Positions 21,516 to 32,085 of a stretch of DNA of 64,000 nt are shown piece by piece. The DNA comes from a phage. Below the pieces are notes generated by a model, which ran no database searches, was not told where the DNA came from, and saw only the letters and a program-made list of their open reading frames with translations. The stretch's first letter is position 1. Every line of letters begins with the position of its first letter. Location: sequence record PZ019084.1. The stretch is one strand, 5' to 3'. Made by a program: the position numbers and the translations under genes.

Positions 21516-22433
21516 TCAAAATTCATTAATGCTATTAGTTAATTTAGAAAGACCCGCTTTTACAAAATATGAATAAATTTTGCCACGCGGTGGTAATTTA
21601 TATGAATTATAGTAATTCACAATGTTTGAAGCAATATTATCAGGAATATAATCAAAATCAATTAGAACTAAATTTTCTTTATAACGATTATATTCAGATT
21701 CAGTGAGAAGCACCTTAGCTTGCTCACGGTCATTAGCAATAGCTTCAACAATAGAGGTTTTCATTGAAGGAGTTCGTTCACCTTCAACTCTAGTAAACCA
21801 AAAATCAGATCGTACTTTAACTGAAGCAACGTTATCCTTTTTGTCGCCTTTAAGGATTTTAGTCATACAGTCAATTTCAGCAGAACCGCTTTTAATTTTA
21901 ACCCATTTCTTATGCATCGGTGACCATTGCTTAACATTTGGATATTTGTGAAGTTGAGTAAAGTCACCATCCGATGAAATGATTAAAATCTTATGTCCTT
22001 CTAAAGAGAACTTTTTAACAAGAACAGCAATGTGGTCATCTGCTTCATACTTATCAATATCCATAACAATGTATGGCATATAAGCTTTCAATTCATCTAT
22101 AACTTTATGGCTGGATTCAAAATAACCTTCCCAGTCCCAAGTAGATTCTTCTCGTGCTTTTCCGCGGTTTTTCTTATAATAATAAGCGAAATCACGACGC
22201 CAGTATCCAGATTTCGCGTTATCAATACACAATACAATTTTAGTGTATCCAAGAGTTTTTGCTTTTTTGACATTAAACTTAATTGAGTTCAATATCAAAT
22301 GACGAACCATTGATAAATTAATTTTTTCTTTATCTGGGAAGTTTACTAAAGCGGTTGAAAGCGCAATTTGACTAAAGTCAATTAAGCAGATTCCTTCTTT
22401 GTAATCTTCATCCAGCATCATTTCTAAATCCAT
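21516..22433 (-). CDS. rnh: RNase H (5'-3' exonuclease, FEN family)
   Basis: 305 aa from MDLEMMLDEDYKEG, matching T4 RNase H. Confidence 0.9.
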   Translation of the reverse strand: MDLEMMLDEDYKEGICLIDFSQIALSTALVNFPDKEKINLSMVRHLILNSIKFNVKKAKTLGYTKIVLCIDNAKSGYWRRDFAYYYKKNRGKAREESTWDWEGYFESSHKVIDELKAYMPYIVMDIDKYEADDHIAVLVKKFSLEGHKILIISSDGDFTQLHKYPNVKQWSPMHKKWVKIKSGSAEIDCMTKILKGDKKDNVASVKVRSDFWFTRVEGERTPSMKTSIVEAIANDREQAKVLLTESEYNRYKENLVLIDFDYIPDNIASNIVNYYNSYKLPPRGKIYSYFVKAGLSKLTNSINEF

Positions 22434-22460
22434 ATGAACCTCGTTCAATTAGTGAGATTT

Positions 22461-22492
22461 CTATTATATACCATCCAATCTTAAAGTAAACA
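22461..22492 (-). promoter_or_regulatory. early promoter for rnh (GTTTAC...TATAAT)
   Basis: Minus-strand GTTTAC at 22486..22491 with a -10 hexamer 17 nt downstream; divergent from the gene 34 late promoter. Confidence 0.45.
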
Positions 22493-22494
22493 AG

Positions 22495-22502
22495 TATAAA
22501 TA
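22495..22502 (+). promoter_or_regulatory. late promoter TATAAATA for gene 34
   Basis: Exact TATAAATA 35 nt upstream of the gene 34 ATG; GGAG Shine-Dalgarno follows. Confidence 0.8.
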
Positions 22503-22536
22503 CTTATTATTGAAAACACAATAGGAGCCCGGGAGA

Positions 22537-25500
22537 ATGGCCGAGATTAAAAGAAAGTTCAGAGCAGAAGATGGTCTGGACGCAGGTGGTGATAAAATAA
22601 TCAACGTAGCTTTAGCTGATCGTACCGTAGGAACTGACGGTGTTAACGTTGATTACTTAATTCAAGAAAATACAGTTCAACAATACGATCCAACTCGTGG
22701 ATATTTAAAAGATTTTGTAATCATTTATGATAACCGCTTTTGGGCTGCTATAAATGATATTCCAAAACCAGCAGGAGTTTTTAATAGCGGACGCTGGAGA
22801 GCATTACGTACGGACGCAAACTGGATTACGGTTTCATCTGGTTCATATCAATTAAAATCCGGTGAAGCAATTTCGGTTAACACTGCAGCTGGTAATGACA
22901 TCACGTTTACTTTACCGTCTTCTCCAATTGATGGTGATACTATCGTTCTCCAAGATATTGGAGGAAAACCTGGAGTTAACCAAGTTTTAATTGCAGCTTC
23001 AGTACAAAGTATTGTAAACTTTAGAGGTGAACAAGTACGTTCAGTACTAATGACTCATCCAAAGTCACAGTTAGTTTTAATTTTTAGTAATCGTCTGTGG
23101 CAAATGTATGTAGCTGATTATAGTAGAGAAGCTGTAGTTGTAACACCAGCGAATACTTATCAAGCGCAATCAAACGATTTTATCGTGCGTAGATTTACTT
23201 CTGCTGCACCGATAAATATTAAACTTCCGAGATTTGCTAATCACGGCGATATTATTAATTTCGTTGATTTAGATAAACTAAATCCGCTTTATCATACAAT
23301 TATTACTACATACGATGAAACTACTTCAATACAAGAAGATGGAACTCATTCAATTGAAGGCCGTACATCGATTGACGGTTTCTTGATGTATGATGATAAT
23401 GAGAAATTGTGGAGATTGTTTGACGGGGACAGTAAAGCACGTTTACGCATTATAACGACTAATTCAAACATTCGTCCAAATGAAGAAGTCATGGTATTTG
23501 GTGCGAATAACGGAAAAGCTCAGACAATTGAACTTCAGCTTCCAACTAATATTTCTGTTGGTGATACTGTTAAAATTTCCATGAATTACATGAGAAAAGG
23601 ACAAACAGTTAAAATCAAAGCTGCCGGTGAAGATAAAATTGCTTCTTCAGTTCAATTACTGCAATTCCCAAAACGCTCAGAATATCCGCCTGAAGCTGAA
23701 TGGGTGACTGTTCAAGAATTAGTTTTTAACGGTGAAACTAATTATGTTCCAGTTTTACAACTTGCTTATATAGAAGATTCTGACGGAAAATACTGGGTTG
23801 TACAGCAAAACGTTCCAACCGTAGAAAGAGTAGATTCTTTAAATGATTCTACTAGAGCAAGATTAGGCGTAATTGCTTTAGCTACACAAGCTCAAGCTAA
23901 TGCCGATTTAGAAAATTCTCCACAAAAAGAATTAGCAATTACTCCAGAAACATTAGCTAACCGTACTGCTACAGAAACTCGTAGAGGTATCGCAAGAATA
24001 GCAACTACTGCTCAAGTGAATCAGAACACTACATTCTCTTTTGCTGATGATATTATCATCACTCCTAAAAAGCTGAATGAAAGAACTGCCACAGAAACTC
24101 GTAGAGGTGTTGCTGAAATTGCTACGCAGCAGGAAACTAATGCAGGTACTGATGATACTACAATCATCACTCCTAAAAAGCTTCAAGCTCGTCAAGGTTC
24201 TGAATCATTATCTGGTATTGTAACCTTTGTATCTACTGCAGGAGCTACTCCAGCTTCTAGTCGTGAATTAAATGGTACAAACGTTTATAATAAAAACACT
24301 AATAATTTAGTTGTTTCGCCTAAAGCTCTGGATCAGTATAAAGCTACTCCAACACAACAAGGTGCAGTAATTTTAGCAGTTGAAAGTGAAGTAATTGCTG
24401 GAAAAAGTCAAGAAGGATGGGCAAATGCTGTTGTAACGCCAGAAACGTTACATAAAAAGACATCAACTGATGGAAGAATTGGTTTAATTGAAATTGCTAC
24501 GCAAAGTGAAGTTAATACAGGAACTGATTATACTCGTGCAGTCACTCCTAAAACTTTAAATGACCGTAAAGCAACTGAAAGTTTAAGTGGTATAGCTGAA
24601 ATTGCTACACAAGTTGAATTCGACGCAGGCGTCGACGATACTCGTATCTCTACACCATTAAAAATTAAAACTAGATTTAATAGTACTGATCGTACTTCTG
24701 TTGTTGCTCTATCTGGATTAGTTGAATCAGGAACTCTCTGGGACCATTATACCCTTAATATTCTTGAAGCAAATGAGACACAGCGTGGTACACTTCGTGT
24801 AGCTACACAGGTTGAAGCTGCTGCAGGAACATTGGATAATGTTTTAATAACTCCTAAAAAGCTTTTAGGTACTAAATCTACCGAATCGCAAGAAGGTGTT
24901 ATTAAAGTTGCAACTCAGTCTGAAACTGTGACTGGAACGTCAGCAAATACTGCTGTATCTCCAAAAAATTTAAAATGGATTGTGCAGAGTGAACCTACTT
25001 GGGCAGCTACTACTGCGATAAGAGGCTTTGTTAAAACTTCATCTGGTTCAATTACATTCGTTGGTAATGATACAGTTGGTTCAACCCAGTCATTAGAATT
25101 ATACGAGAAAAATAGCTATGCAGTATCACCATATGAATTAAACCGTGTATTAGCAAATTATTTGCCGTTAAAAGCAAAAGCCGCTGACGCAAATTTATTA
25201 GATGGTCTAGATTCATCTCAATTCATTCGTAGGGATATTGCACAGACAGTTAATGGTTCACTAACCTTAACCCAACAAACGAATCTGAGTGCCCCTCTTG
25301 TATCATCTAGTACTGCTACGTTTGGTGGATCAGTTTCGGCAAACAGCACATTAACTATTTCTAATACTGGAACAGCAACTCGTCTGATTTTTGAGAAAGG
25401 ACCTCAAACTGGAACTAACCCAGTACAGACGATGACTATCAGAGTTTGGGGAAATCAGTTCGGTGGCGGTTCAGATACAACACGTTCTACTGTATTTGAA

Positions 25501-26406
25501 GTTGGTGATGAAACGTCTAATCACTTTTATTCTCAACGCAATAAAGCTGGGAATATAACGTTTAGTATCAATGGTACTGTAATGCCAATAAATGTTAATG
25601 CTTCGGGTTCTTTGAATGCGAACGGCGTTGCAACATTTGGTAGTTCAGTTACAGCCAATGGTGAATTCATCAGCAAGTCTGCAAATGCTTTCAGAGCAAT
25701 AAATGGCGATTATGGATTCTTTATTCGCAATGATGCTGCTAACACCCATTTTATGCTTACTGCATCGGGTGATCAGACTGGCGGATTTAATGGATTACGT
25801 CCTTTAGCTATTAATAATGCATCTGGTCAAGTAACGATTGGTGAAAGCTTAATCATTGCCAAAGGTGCTACTATAAATTCAGGTGGTTTAACTGTTAACT
25901 CGAGAATTCGTTCTCAGGGCACTAAAACATCTGACTTATATACCCGTGCGCCAACATCTGATACTATAGGATTCTGGTCAATCGATATTAATGATTCAGC
26001 TACTTATAACCAGTTCCCAGGTTATTTTAAAATGGTTGAAAAAACTAATGAAGTGACTGGACTTCCATACTTAGAACGTGGTGAAGAAGTTAAATCTCCT
26101 GGTACATTGACTCAGTTTGGTAACACACTTGATTCGCTTTACCAAGATTGGATTACTTATCCAACGACTCCAGAAGCACGTACCACTCGCTGGACGCGTA
26201 CATGGCAGAAAACCAAAAACTCTTGGTCGAGTTTTGTTCAGGTATTTGACGGAGGTAACCCTCCACAACCATCTGATATCGGTGCTTTACCATCTGATAA
26301 TGCTACAATGGGGAATCTTACTATTCGTGATTTCTTACGAATTGGTAATGTTCGCATTGTTCCTGACCCAGTGAATAAAACGGTTAAATTTGAATGGGTT
26401 GAATAA
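22537..26406 (+). CDS. 34: gp34 long tail fibre proximal subunit
   Basis: 1289 aa, identical length to T4 gp34; internal repeats of the ITPKKL...TETRRG...IATQ motif. Confidence 0.95.
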   Translation: MAEIKRKFRAEDGLDAGGDKIINVALADRTVGTDGVNVDYLIQENTVQQYDPTRGYLKDFVIIYDNRFWAAINDIPKPAGVFNSGRWRALRTDANWITVSSGSYQLKSGEAISVNTAAGNDITFTLPSSPIDGDTIVLQDIGGKPGVNQVLIAASVQSIVNFRGEQVRSVLMTHPKSQLVLIFSNRLWQMYVADYSREAVVVTPANTYQAQSNDFIVRRFTSAAPINIKLPRFANHGDIINFVDLDKLNPLYHTIITTYDETTSIQEDGTHSIEGRTSIDGFLMYDDNEKLWRLFDGDSKARLRIITTNSNIRPNEEVMVFGANNGKAQTIELQLPTNISVGDTVKISMNYMRKGQTVKIKAAGEDKIASSVQLLQFPKRSEYPPEAEWVTVQELVFNGETNYVPVLQLAYIEDSDGKYWVVQQNVPTVERVDSLNDSTRARLGVIALATQAQANADLENSPQKELAITPETLANRTATETRRGIARIATTAQVNQNTTFSFADDIIITPKKLNERTATETRRGVAEIATQQETNAGTDDTTIITPKKLQARQGSESLSGIVTFVSTAGATPASSRELNGTNVYNKNTNNLVVSPKALDQYKATPTQQGAVILAVESEVIAGKSQEGWANAVVTPETLHKKTSTDGRIGLIEIATQSEVNTGTDYTRAVTPKTLNDRKATESLSGIAEIATQVEFDAGVDDTRISTPLKIKTRFNSTDRTSVVALSGLVESGTLWDHYTLNILEANETQRGTLRVATQVEAAAGTLDNVLITPKKLLGTKSTESQEGVIKVATQSETVTGTSANTAVSPKNLKWIVQSEPTWAATTAIRGFVKTSSGSITFVGNDTVGSTQSLELYEKNSYAVSPYELNRVLANYLPLKAKAADANLLDGLDSSQFIRRDIAQTVNGSLTLTQQTNLSAPLVSSSTATFGGSVSANSTLTISNTGTATRLIFEKGPQTGTNPVQTMTIRVWGNQFGGGSDTTRSTVFEVGDETSNHFYSQRNKAGNITFSINGTVMPINVNASGSLNANGVATFGSSVTANGEFISKSANAFRAINGDYGFFIRNDAANTHFMLTASGDQTGGFNGLRPLAINNASGQVTIGESLIIAKGATINSGGLTVNSRIRSQGTKTSDLYTRAPTSDTIGFWSIDINDSATYNQFPGYFKMVEKTNEVTGLPYLERGEEVKSPGTLTQFGNTLDSLYQDWITYPTTPEARTTRWTRTWQKTKNSWSSFVQVFDGGNPPQPSDIGALPSDNATMGNLTIRDFLRIGNVRIVPDPVNKTVKFEWVE

Positions 26407-26414
26407 GAGGTATT

Positions 26415-27530
26415 ATGGAAAAATTTATGGCAGAGTTTGGACAAGGATACGTCCAAACGCCATTTTTATCGGAAAGTAATTCAGTAAGATACAAAATAAG
26501 CATAGCGGGTTCTTGCCCGCTTTCTACAGCAGGACCGTACGTTAAATTTCAAGATAATCCTGTTGGAAGCCAAACATTTAGCGCAGGACTTCATTTAAGA
26601 GTTTTTGACCCTTCCACCGGAGCATTAGTTGATAGTAAGTCATATGCTTTTTCGTCTTCAAATGATACTACATCAGCTGCTTTTGTTAGTTTCATGAATT
26701 CTTTGACGAATAATAGACTTGTTGCTATATTAACTAACGGAAAAGTTAATTTTCCTCCTGAAGTAGTGTCTTGGTTAAGAGCCGCAGGAACGGCTGCTTT
26801 TCCATCTGATTCTATATTGTCAAGATTCGACGTATCATATGCTGCTTTTTATACTTCTTCTAAAAGAGTTATCGCGTTAGAGCATGTTAAACTAAGTAAT
26901 AGAAAAAGCACAGATGATTATCAAACTATTTTAGATGTTGTATTTGATAGTTTAGAAGACGTTGGAGCTACCGGGTTTCCAAGAAGAACGTATGAAAGCG
27001 TTAAGCAATTCATGTCAGCGGTTGGTGGAACTAATAATGAAATTGCACGTTTTCCAACTTCAGCTGCTATAAGCAAACTCTCTGATTATAATTTAGTTCC
27101 TGGTGATGTTCTTTATCTTAAAGCTCAGTTATATGCTGATGCGGATTTACTTGCGCTTGGAACCACAAATATATCCATCCGTTTTTATAATGCATCTAAT
27201 GGATATATTTCTTCAACACAAGCTGAGTTCACCGGACAAGCTGGGTCTTGGGAATTAAAGGAAGATTATGTAGTTGTTCCAGAAAACGCTGTGGGATTTA
27301 CGATATACGCACAAAGAACTGCACAAGCTGGTCAAGGTGGCATGAGAAATTTAAGCTTTTCTGAAGTGTCAAGAAATGGAGGTATTTCGAAACCTGCTGA
27401 ATTTGGCGTCAATGGCATTCGTGTTAATTATATCTGTGAATCTGCTTCACCTCCGGATATAATGGTACTTCCTACGCAAGCATCGTCTAAAACTGGTAAA
27501 GTGTTTGGACAAGAATTTAGAGAAGTATAA
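26415..27530 (+). CDS. 35: gp35 long tail fibre hinge protein
   Basis: 371 aa versus 372 in T4, in the conserved position. Confidence 0.85.
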   Translation: MEKFMAEFGQGYVQTPFLSESNSVRYKISIAGSCPLSTAGPYVKFQDNPVGSQTFSAGLHLRVFDPSTGALVDSKSYAFSSSNDTTSAAFVSFMNSLTNNRLVAILTNGKVNFPPEVVSWLRAAGTAAFPSDSILSRFDVSYAAFYTSSKRVIALEHVKLSNRKSTDDYQTILDVVFDSLEDVGATGFPRRTYESVKQFMSAVGGTNNEIARFPTSAAISKLSDYNLVPGDVLYLKAQLYADADLLALGTTNISIRFYNASNGYISSTQAEFTGQAGSWELKEDYVVVPENAVGFTIYAQRTAQAGQGGMRNLSFSEVSRNGGISKPAEFGVNGIRVNYICESASPPDIMVLPTQASSKTGKVFGQEFREV

Positions 27531-27535
27531 ATTGA

Positions 27536-27562
27536 GGGAGCCTTCGGGTTCCCTTTTTCTTT
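27536..27562 (+). terminator. rho-independent terminator after gene 35
   Basis: GGGAGCC-UUCG-GGUUCCC hairpin followed by UUUUUCUUU. Confidence 0.65.
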
Positions 27563-27569
27563 ATAAATA
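27562..27569 (+). promoter_or_regulatory. late promoter TATAAATA for gene 36
   Basis: Exact TATAAATA 24 nt upstream of the gene 36 ATG. Confidence 0.75.
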
Positions 27570-27592
27570 CTATTAAAATAAAGGGGCATACA

Positions 27593-28258
27593 ATGGCTGA
27601 TTTAAAAGTAGGTTCAACAACCGGAGGCTCTGTCATTTGGCATCAAGGAAATTTTCCATTGAATCCAGCCGGTGACGATGTACTCTATAAATCATTTAAA
27701 ATATATTCAGAATACAATAAACCACAAGCTGTTGATAACGATTTTGTTTCTAAAGCTAATGGTGGTACTTATGCATCAAAGGTAACATTTAACGGTGGCG
27801 TTCAAGTCCCATATGCTGTAAACAATACAAACCCATGCGGTATTTATCCAGGTAACGGTGATAATGCTACTTTTGCTGTGGCGAATATTGACATCGTTTC
27901 GTGGAATGGTATTGGTTTTAAATCATCACAAGGTTCAGCAGACCGAACTGTTGTAATTAATGCACGTAATGGTGATATTAGTACAAAAGGCGTTGTGACA
28001 GCAGTAGGTCAAATACGAAGTAATGCAGTTTCTCCTGTAGCAGCGAATGACCTTACTAGAAAGGACTATGTTGATGGAGCAATAAATACTGTTACGGCAA
28101 ATGCGAACTCTAGAGTGTTACGATCTGGTGACACTATGATTGGTAATTTAACCGCACCAAACTTTTTCTCGCAGAATCCTGCATCTCAACCTTCACATGT
28201 TCCGCGATTTGACCAAATCGTAATTAAGGATTCTGTTCAAGATTTCGGCTATTATTAA
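27593..28258 (+). CDS. 36: gp36 long tail fibre distal connector
   Basis: 221 aa, same as T4 gp36. Confidence 0.9.
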   Translation: MADLKVGSTTGGSVIWHQGNFPLNPAGDDVLYKSFKIYSEYNKPQAVDNDFVSKANGGTYASKVTFNGGVQVPYAVNNTNPCGIYPGNGDNATFAVANIDIVSWNGIGFKSSQGSADRTVVINARNGDISTKGVVTAVGQIRSNAVSPVAANDLTRKDYVDGAINTVTANANSRVLRSGDTMIGNLTAPNFFSQNPASQPSHVPRFDQIVIKDSVQDFGYY

Positions 28259-28266
28259 GAGGACTT

Positions 28267-31200
28267 ATGGCTACTTTAAAACAAATACAATTTAAAAGAA
28301 GCAAAACCGCAGGTGCACGTCCTGCTGCTTCAGTATTAGCCGAAGGTGAATTGGCTATAAACTTAAAAGATAGAACAATTTTTACTAAAGACGATTTAGG
28401 AAATATCATTGATCTGGGTTTTGCTAAAGGCGGGCAGGTTGATGGAAATATCACTCAAACTGGTGATTATTTACAAAATGGAACATATAATCTTAATGGA
28501 AACCAGTTTGTTTATGCAGGAAAATATATTGAATTTTTACCTAAAACAGCTGGTAATGGCGCTTGGGCAAATCAACACCTAAATAAAGCCCCTATCTTTA
28601 CAGATTTAAGTTCAACTACTTCTACTTCAGAATACCATCCGCTAATTAAGCAGCGTTATAAAGATGGGACTTTTTCTGTTGGCACGTTAGTAAACGAAGG
28701 AAGTTTTAAAATTCATTATATCGATGAAACCGGCGATTCGAAATATTGGACGTTTCGACGTGACGGTGGATTTGTTGTTGATGCAGGAAGTTTAACAGTA
28801 ACAAAAGGAAATATTTCTGCTTCTGGTAATATTAATTCAGCTACTGGGATAGTTTCTGCTCCACAGATTAATACAAAAACTATAGTTTTTGATACAAAAG
28901 CATTCGGACAATATGATTCACAATCATTAGTTCAATATGTTTATCCTGGAACAGGTGAAGAAAATGGTATAAACTATCTTCGTAAAGTTCGAGCTAAATC
29001 AGGCGGAACTATTTACCATGAAATTGCTTCTGCGCAGACCGGTAAGAATGATGAAATTTCTTGGTGGACCGGAAACTCGCTTACCACTAAATTAATGGGT
29101 CTTCGTAATGATGGCGCAATGGTATTACGTCGTTCGCTTGCTATTGGCACAATTACCACTGATGAAAATACCAATAACTATGGCTCTCCTACTCCAATGG
29201 GAGAAAGATATATTGCTTTGGGTGATGCTGCAACCGGTTTAAAATATATTAAGCAAGGTGTTTATGATTTGGTAGGTAATTGGAATTCTGTTGCTTCTAT
29301 TACTCCTGATAGTTTCCGTAGTACTCGCAAAGGTTTATTTGGACGTTCAGAAGACCAAGGCGCTACATGGAACATGCCTGGAAACAACGCCGCGCTTTTA
29401 TCGGTTCAAACACAAGCTGATGGAAACACTGCTGGTGACGGTCAAACCCACATTGGATATAATTCTGGCGGTAAAATGAACCATTATTTCCGTGGTACAG
29501 GTCAGATGAATATCAATACCCAACAAGGTATGGAAGTTAACCCGGGTATTTTGAAATTGGTAACCGGTGCTAACAGTATTAGCTTTAATGCCGCAACTGG
29601 AAATATTAATTCTACATTAGCTTTTCGTCTTAATAAAGGCATAATTATTGATGGATCTGATAATCAGGGATTCCAGTTTAACGCCCCGACGGCTGCAGAT
29701 GGTACTAGAAGTATATACTGGAATAGTGGTACTCGCGAAGGTCAAAACAAAAACCCTGTTACAGTTAAAGTGTGGGGTAATTCATTTAATGCCAGCGGTG
29801 GAACAGATAGACAAACTGTATTTGAAGTTTCTGACTCTCAAGGATATTATTTTTATGCTCAACGCACTACTCCTGCATCAGGTCAAACAGTAGGTCCGGT
29901 TAACTTTAAATTTAACGGAACTGTTGAAACAGGCCATATCATAGGCCTTGGAAATATAAGTGCCTCCGGTACAGGTTCTTTTGGTGGCAATGTTACCATG
30001 TCTAACGGTTTGTTTGTCCAAGGTGGTTCTTCTATTACTGGACAAGTTAAAATAGGCGGAACTGCTGATGCATTAAGAATTTGGAATGCTGAATACGGTG
30101 CTATTTTCCGTCGTTCAGAAAGTAATCTTTATATTATCCCGACTCCTAAAGATGCTGGAGAATCAGGTGGTATAAGTAATCTTAGACCATTTATAATAGA
30201 ACTGAACACTGGCACGGTTAAAATGTCGCATGATGTTCATTTAGGAGATTCCGGATCTGGTACAGGATTATTACAAGTAAGTAATAGTCTTAAAACTATT
30301 AAAATGATATGTCCAGTAACTATTAATGAACGTAATGCAGCGCTTACTCTAGATTCTCCTTCATCTTCTTCTGCTAATTATTTGCAGGGTTCTAAAGCTG
30401 GAACTAGATCGTGGTATGTTGGTCTTGGTGGTGCTGGAAATGATTTATCACTTTATAGCCAATCTTATGGACATGGTCTTGTTATAAGTGATAATTTCGT
30501 GTCAATCACTAAACCCTTTAAAGTCGGAAATGCCCAACTAGGAACTGACGGTAATATTACCAACGGTTCTGGTAATTTTGCTAACTTAAACACCACGCTA
30601 AATCGTAAAGTTAATTCTGGATTTATTACTTATGGAGCAACTGCTGGATGGTATAAGTTTGCAACAGTAACAATGCCACAATCCACTTCAACAGTCTTCT
30701 TTAAAATAGTTGGAGGTTCTGGATTTAATAGCGGAATATTCACCCAATGTAATATTGCTGAAATTGTTTTACGTACTAGTAATGAAAGACCTTCTGACTT
30801 AAATGCTGTATTATACACAAGAACAACTGGAATGTATAGCGCAGCATTTAGAAATATTGCAGTTAACAATGTCTCTGGAGATACATATGACATTTATGTT
30901 TATGCCGGAACATATTGTAATCAACTAGTTTGTGAATGGTCATGTACCGAAAATGCTACTGTTAGCGTTATTGGTATTAACTCATCTACGCAGTCGCCTG
31001 TGGATGCTCTTCCAGATACAGCAGTTGATGGGCAAGTTGCTAATGTTCTTAATAACTTGGTTGATCGTGGTAAAGTTAAGCGTTATGAAGCTGATTCTGA
31101 AATAGCTATCAATAGTCAAACTGGTATTCGTATTAAAAGCAATGGCGATAAAACTGGTTCTGTTGCTACAATGCTACGAAATGATGGCGGTAGTTTTTAT

Positions 31201-32055
31201 ATTCTATTTACAGATAAAAATGCCACCGATGGTGAAGCAACTGTTAACGGTGATTGGAATAGTAAGCGTCCTTTCGCAATTAACTTAACAACCGGCGAAG
31301 TACTAATGAATAATGGCATAGCTGTTCGCAGCGCAGCTTTATTCTATGATAGTATAAATGTCAAAGATAATGGTTCTATTAACTTTGATAAGTCTGGTGC
31401 TAACCCGAGAAATATGAGAATATTTCATGCTGGCGATGCTTCTCGCGGTAACCGCATTGAAATTGCAGATGAAACTAACTATATTGCTTACTTTGAAAAA
31501 ACTCCAGGTGGAGCTAACCGCTTTGTAGTAAATAATGCTACTATAGCTGGTGTTAACCAAATGAATTCATTTGGTATTAATATCAATAACGCACTTGGTG
31601 GAAATAGTATAGCATTTGGTGATAATGATACTGGAATTAAACAATCCGGTGACGGAATTCTTGATATCATTACTAACGCCGCACGCAGAATGAGATTCCA
31701 AACAGGTGACACCTATTCTGACATGAATATAAATGCCCCAAACGTTTATATTCGTTCTGATATTCGTTTGAAATCTAATTTCAGACCTATTGAAAATGCT
31801 CTTGAAAAGGTTGAACAGCTTGATGGTTTAATCTATGATAAAGCTGACTATATAGGCGGTGAAATTGTTCAGACTGAAGCGGGTATTGTGGCTCAAACAC
31901 TGCAAGATGTTTTACCAGAAGCAGTTCGTGAAGTTGAAGATATTAAGGGTAATAAAATACTCACTGTTTCTTCTCAATCCCAGATTGCTCTTCTAGTTGA
32001 AGCTGTGAAAACACTTTCTGCTCGTGTAAAAGAACTTGAATCTAAACTTATGTAA
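28267..32055 (+). CDS. 37: gp37 long tail fibre distal subunit with C-terminal intramolecular chaperone domain (about 31756..32052)
   Basis: 1262 aa; conserved N-terminal fibre region, then a C-terminal S-D-I-R-L-K motif followed by about 99 aa resembling the self-cleaving chaperone of endosialidase-type fibres. Confidence 0.9.
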   Translation: MATLKQIQFKRSKTAGARPAASVLAEGELAINLKDRTIFTKDDLGNIIDLGFAKGGQVDGNITQTGDYLQNGTYNLNGNQFVYAGKYIEFLPKTAGNGAWANQHLNKAPIFTDLSSTTSTSEYHPLIKQRYKDGTFSVGTLVNEGSFKIHYIDETGDSKYWTFRRDGGFVVDAGSLTVTKGNISASGNINSATGIVSAPQINTKTIVFDTKAFGQYDSQSLVQYVYPGTGEENGINYLRKVRAKSGGTIYHEIASAQTGKNDEISWWTGNSLTTKLMGLRNDGAMVLRRSLAIGTITTDENTNNYGSPTPMGERYIALGDAATGLKYIKQGVYDLVGNWNSVASITPDSFRSTRKGLFGRSEDQGATWNMPGNNAALLSVQTQADGNTAGDGQTHIGYNSGGKMNHYFRGTGQMNINTQQGMEVNPGILKLVTGANSISFNAATGNINSTLAFRLNKGIIIDGSDNQGFQFNAPTAADGTRSIYWNSGTREGQNKNPVTVKVWGNSFNASGGTDRQTVFEVSDSQGYYFYAQRTTPASGQTVGPVNFKFNGTVETGHIIGLGNISASGTGSFGGNVTMSNGLFVQGGSSITGQVKIGGTADALRIWNAEYGAIFRRSESNLYIIPTPKDAGESGGISNLRPFIIELNTGTVKMSHDVHLGDSGSGTGLLQVSNSLKTIKMICPVTINERNAALTLDSPSSSSANYLQGSKAGTRSWYVGLGGAGNDLSLYSQSYGHGLVISDNFVSITKPFKVGNAQLGTDGNITNGSGNFANLNTTLNRKVNSGFITYGATAGWYKFATVTMPQSTSTVFFKIVGGSGFNSGIFTQCNIAEIVLRTSNERPSDLNAVLYTRTTGMYSAAFRNIAVNNVSGDTYDIYVYAGTYCNQLVCEWSCTENATVSVIGINSSTQSPVDALPDTAVDGQVANVLNNLVDRGKVKRYEADSEIAINSQTGIRIKSNGDKTGSVATMLRNDGGSFYILFTDKNATDGEATVNGDWNSKRPFAINLTTGEVLMNNGIAVRSAALFYDSINVKDNGSINFDKSGANPRNMRIFHAGDASRGNRIEIADETNYIAYFEKTPGGANRFVVNNATIAGVNQMNSFGININNALGGNSIAFGDNDTGIKQSGDGILDIITNAARRMRFQTGDTYSDMNINAPNVYIRSDIRLKSNFRPIENALEKVEQLDGLIYDKADYIGGEIVQTEAGIVAQTLQDVLPEAVREVEDIKGNKILTVSSQSQIALLVEAVKTLSARVKELESKLM

Positions 32056-32056
32056 A

Positions 32057-32074
32057 AGAGGGCTTCGGCCCTCT
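32057..32074 (+). other. GC hairpin (AGAGGGC-UUCG-GCCCUCU) between genes 37 and 38
   Basis: Perfect 7-bp stem with UUCG loop; weak U-run, so more likely a partial terminator or RNA stability element. Confidence 0.45.
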
Positions 32075-32085
32075 AAGGATTTTTA

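Noticed and set aside
21516-22448. Upstream-extended starts given by the ORF track for rnh, rnlA (10756), denA (11207), gp33 (21269), gp56 (57405) and ndd (38788)
   Set aside because: The recognised N-termini of the T4 proteins begin at internal Met codons preceded by Shine-Dalgarno sequences; the extensions are probably read-through of upstream untranslated sequence.
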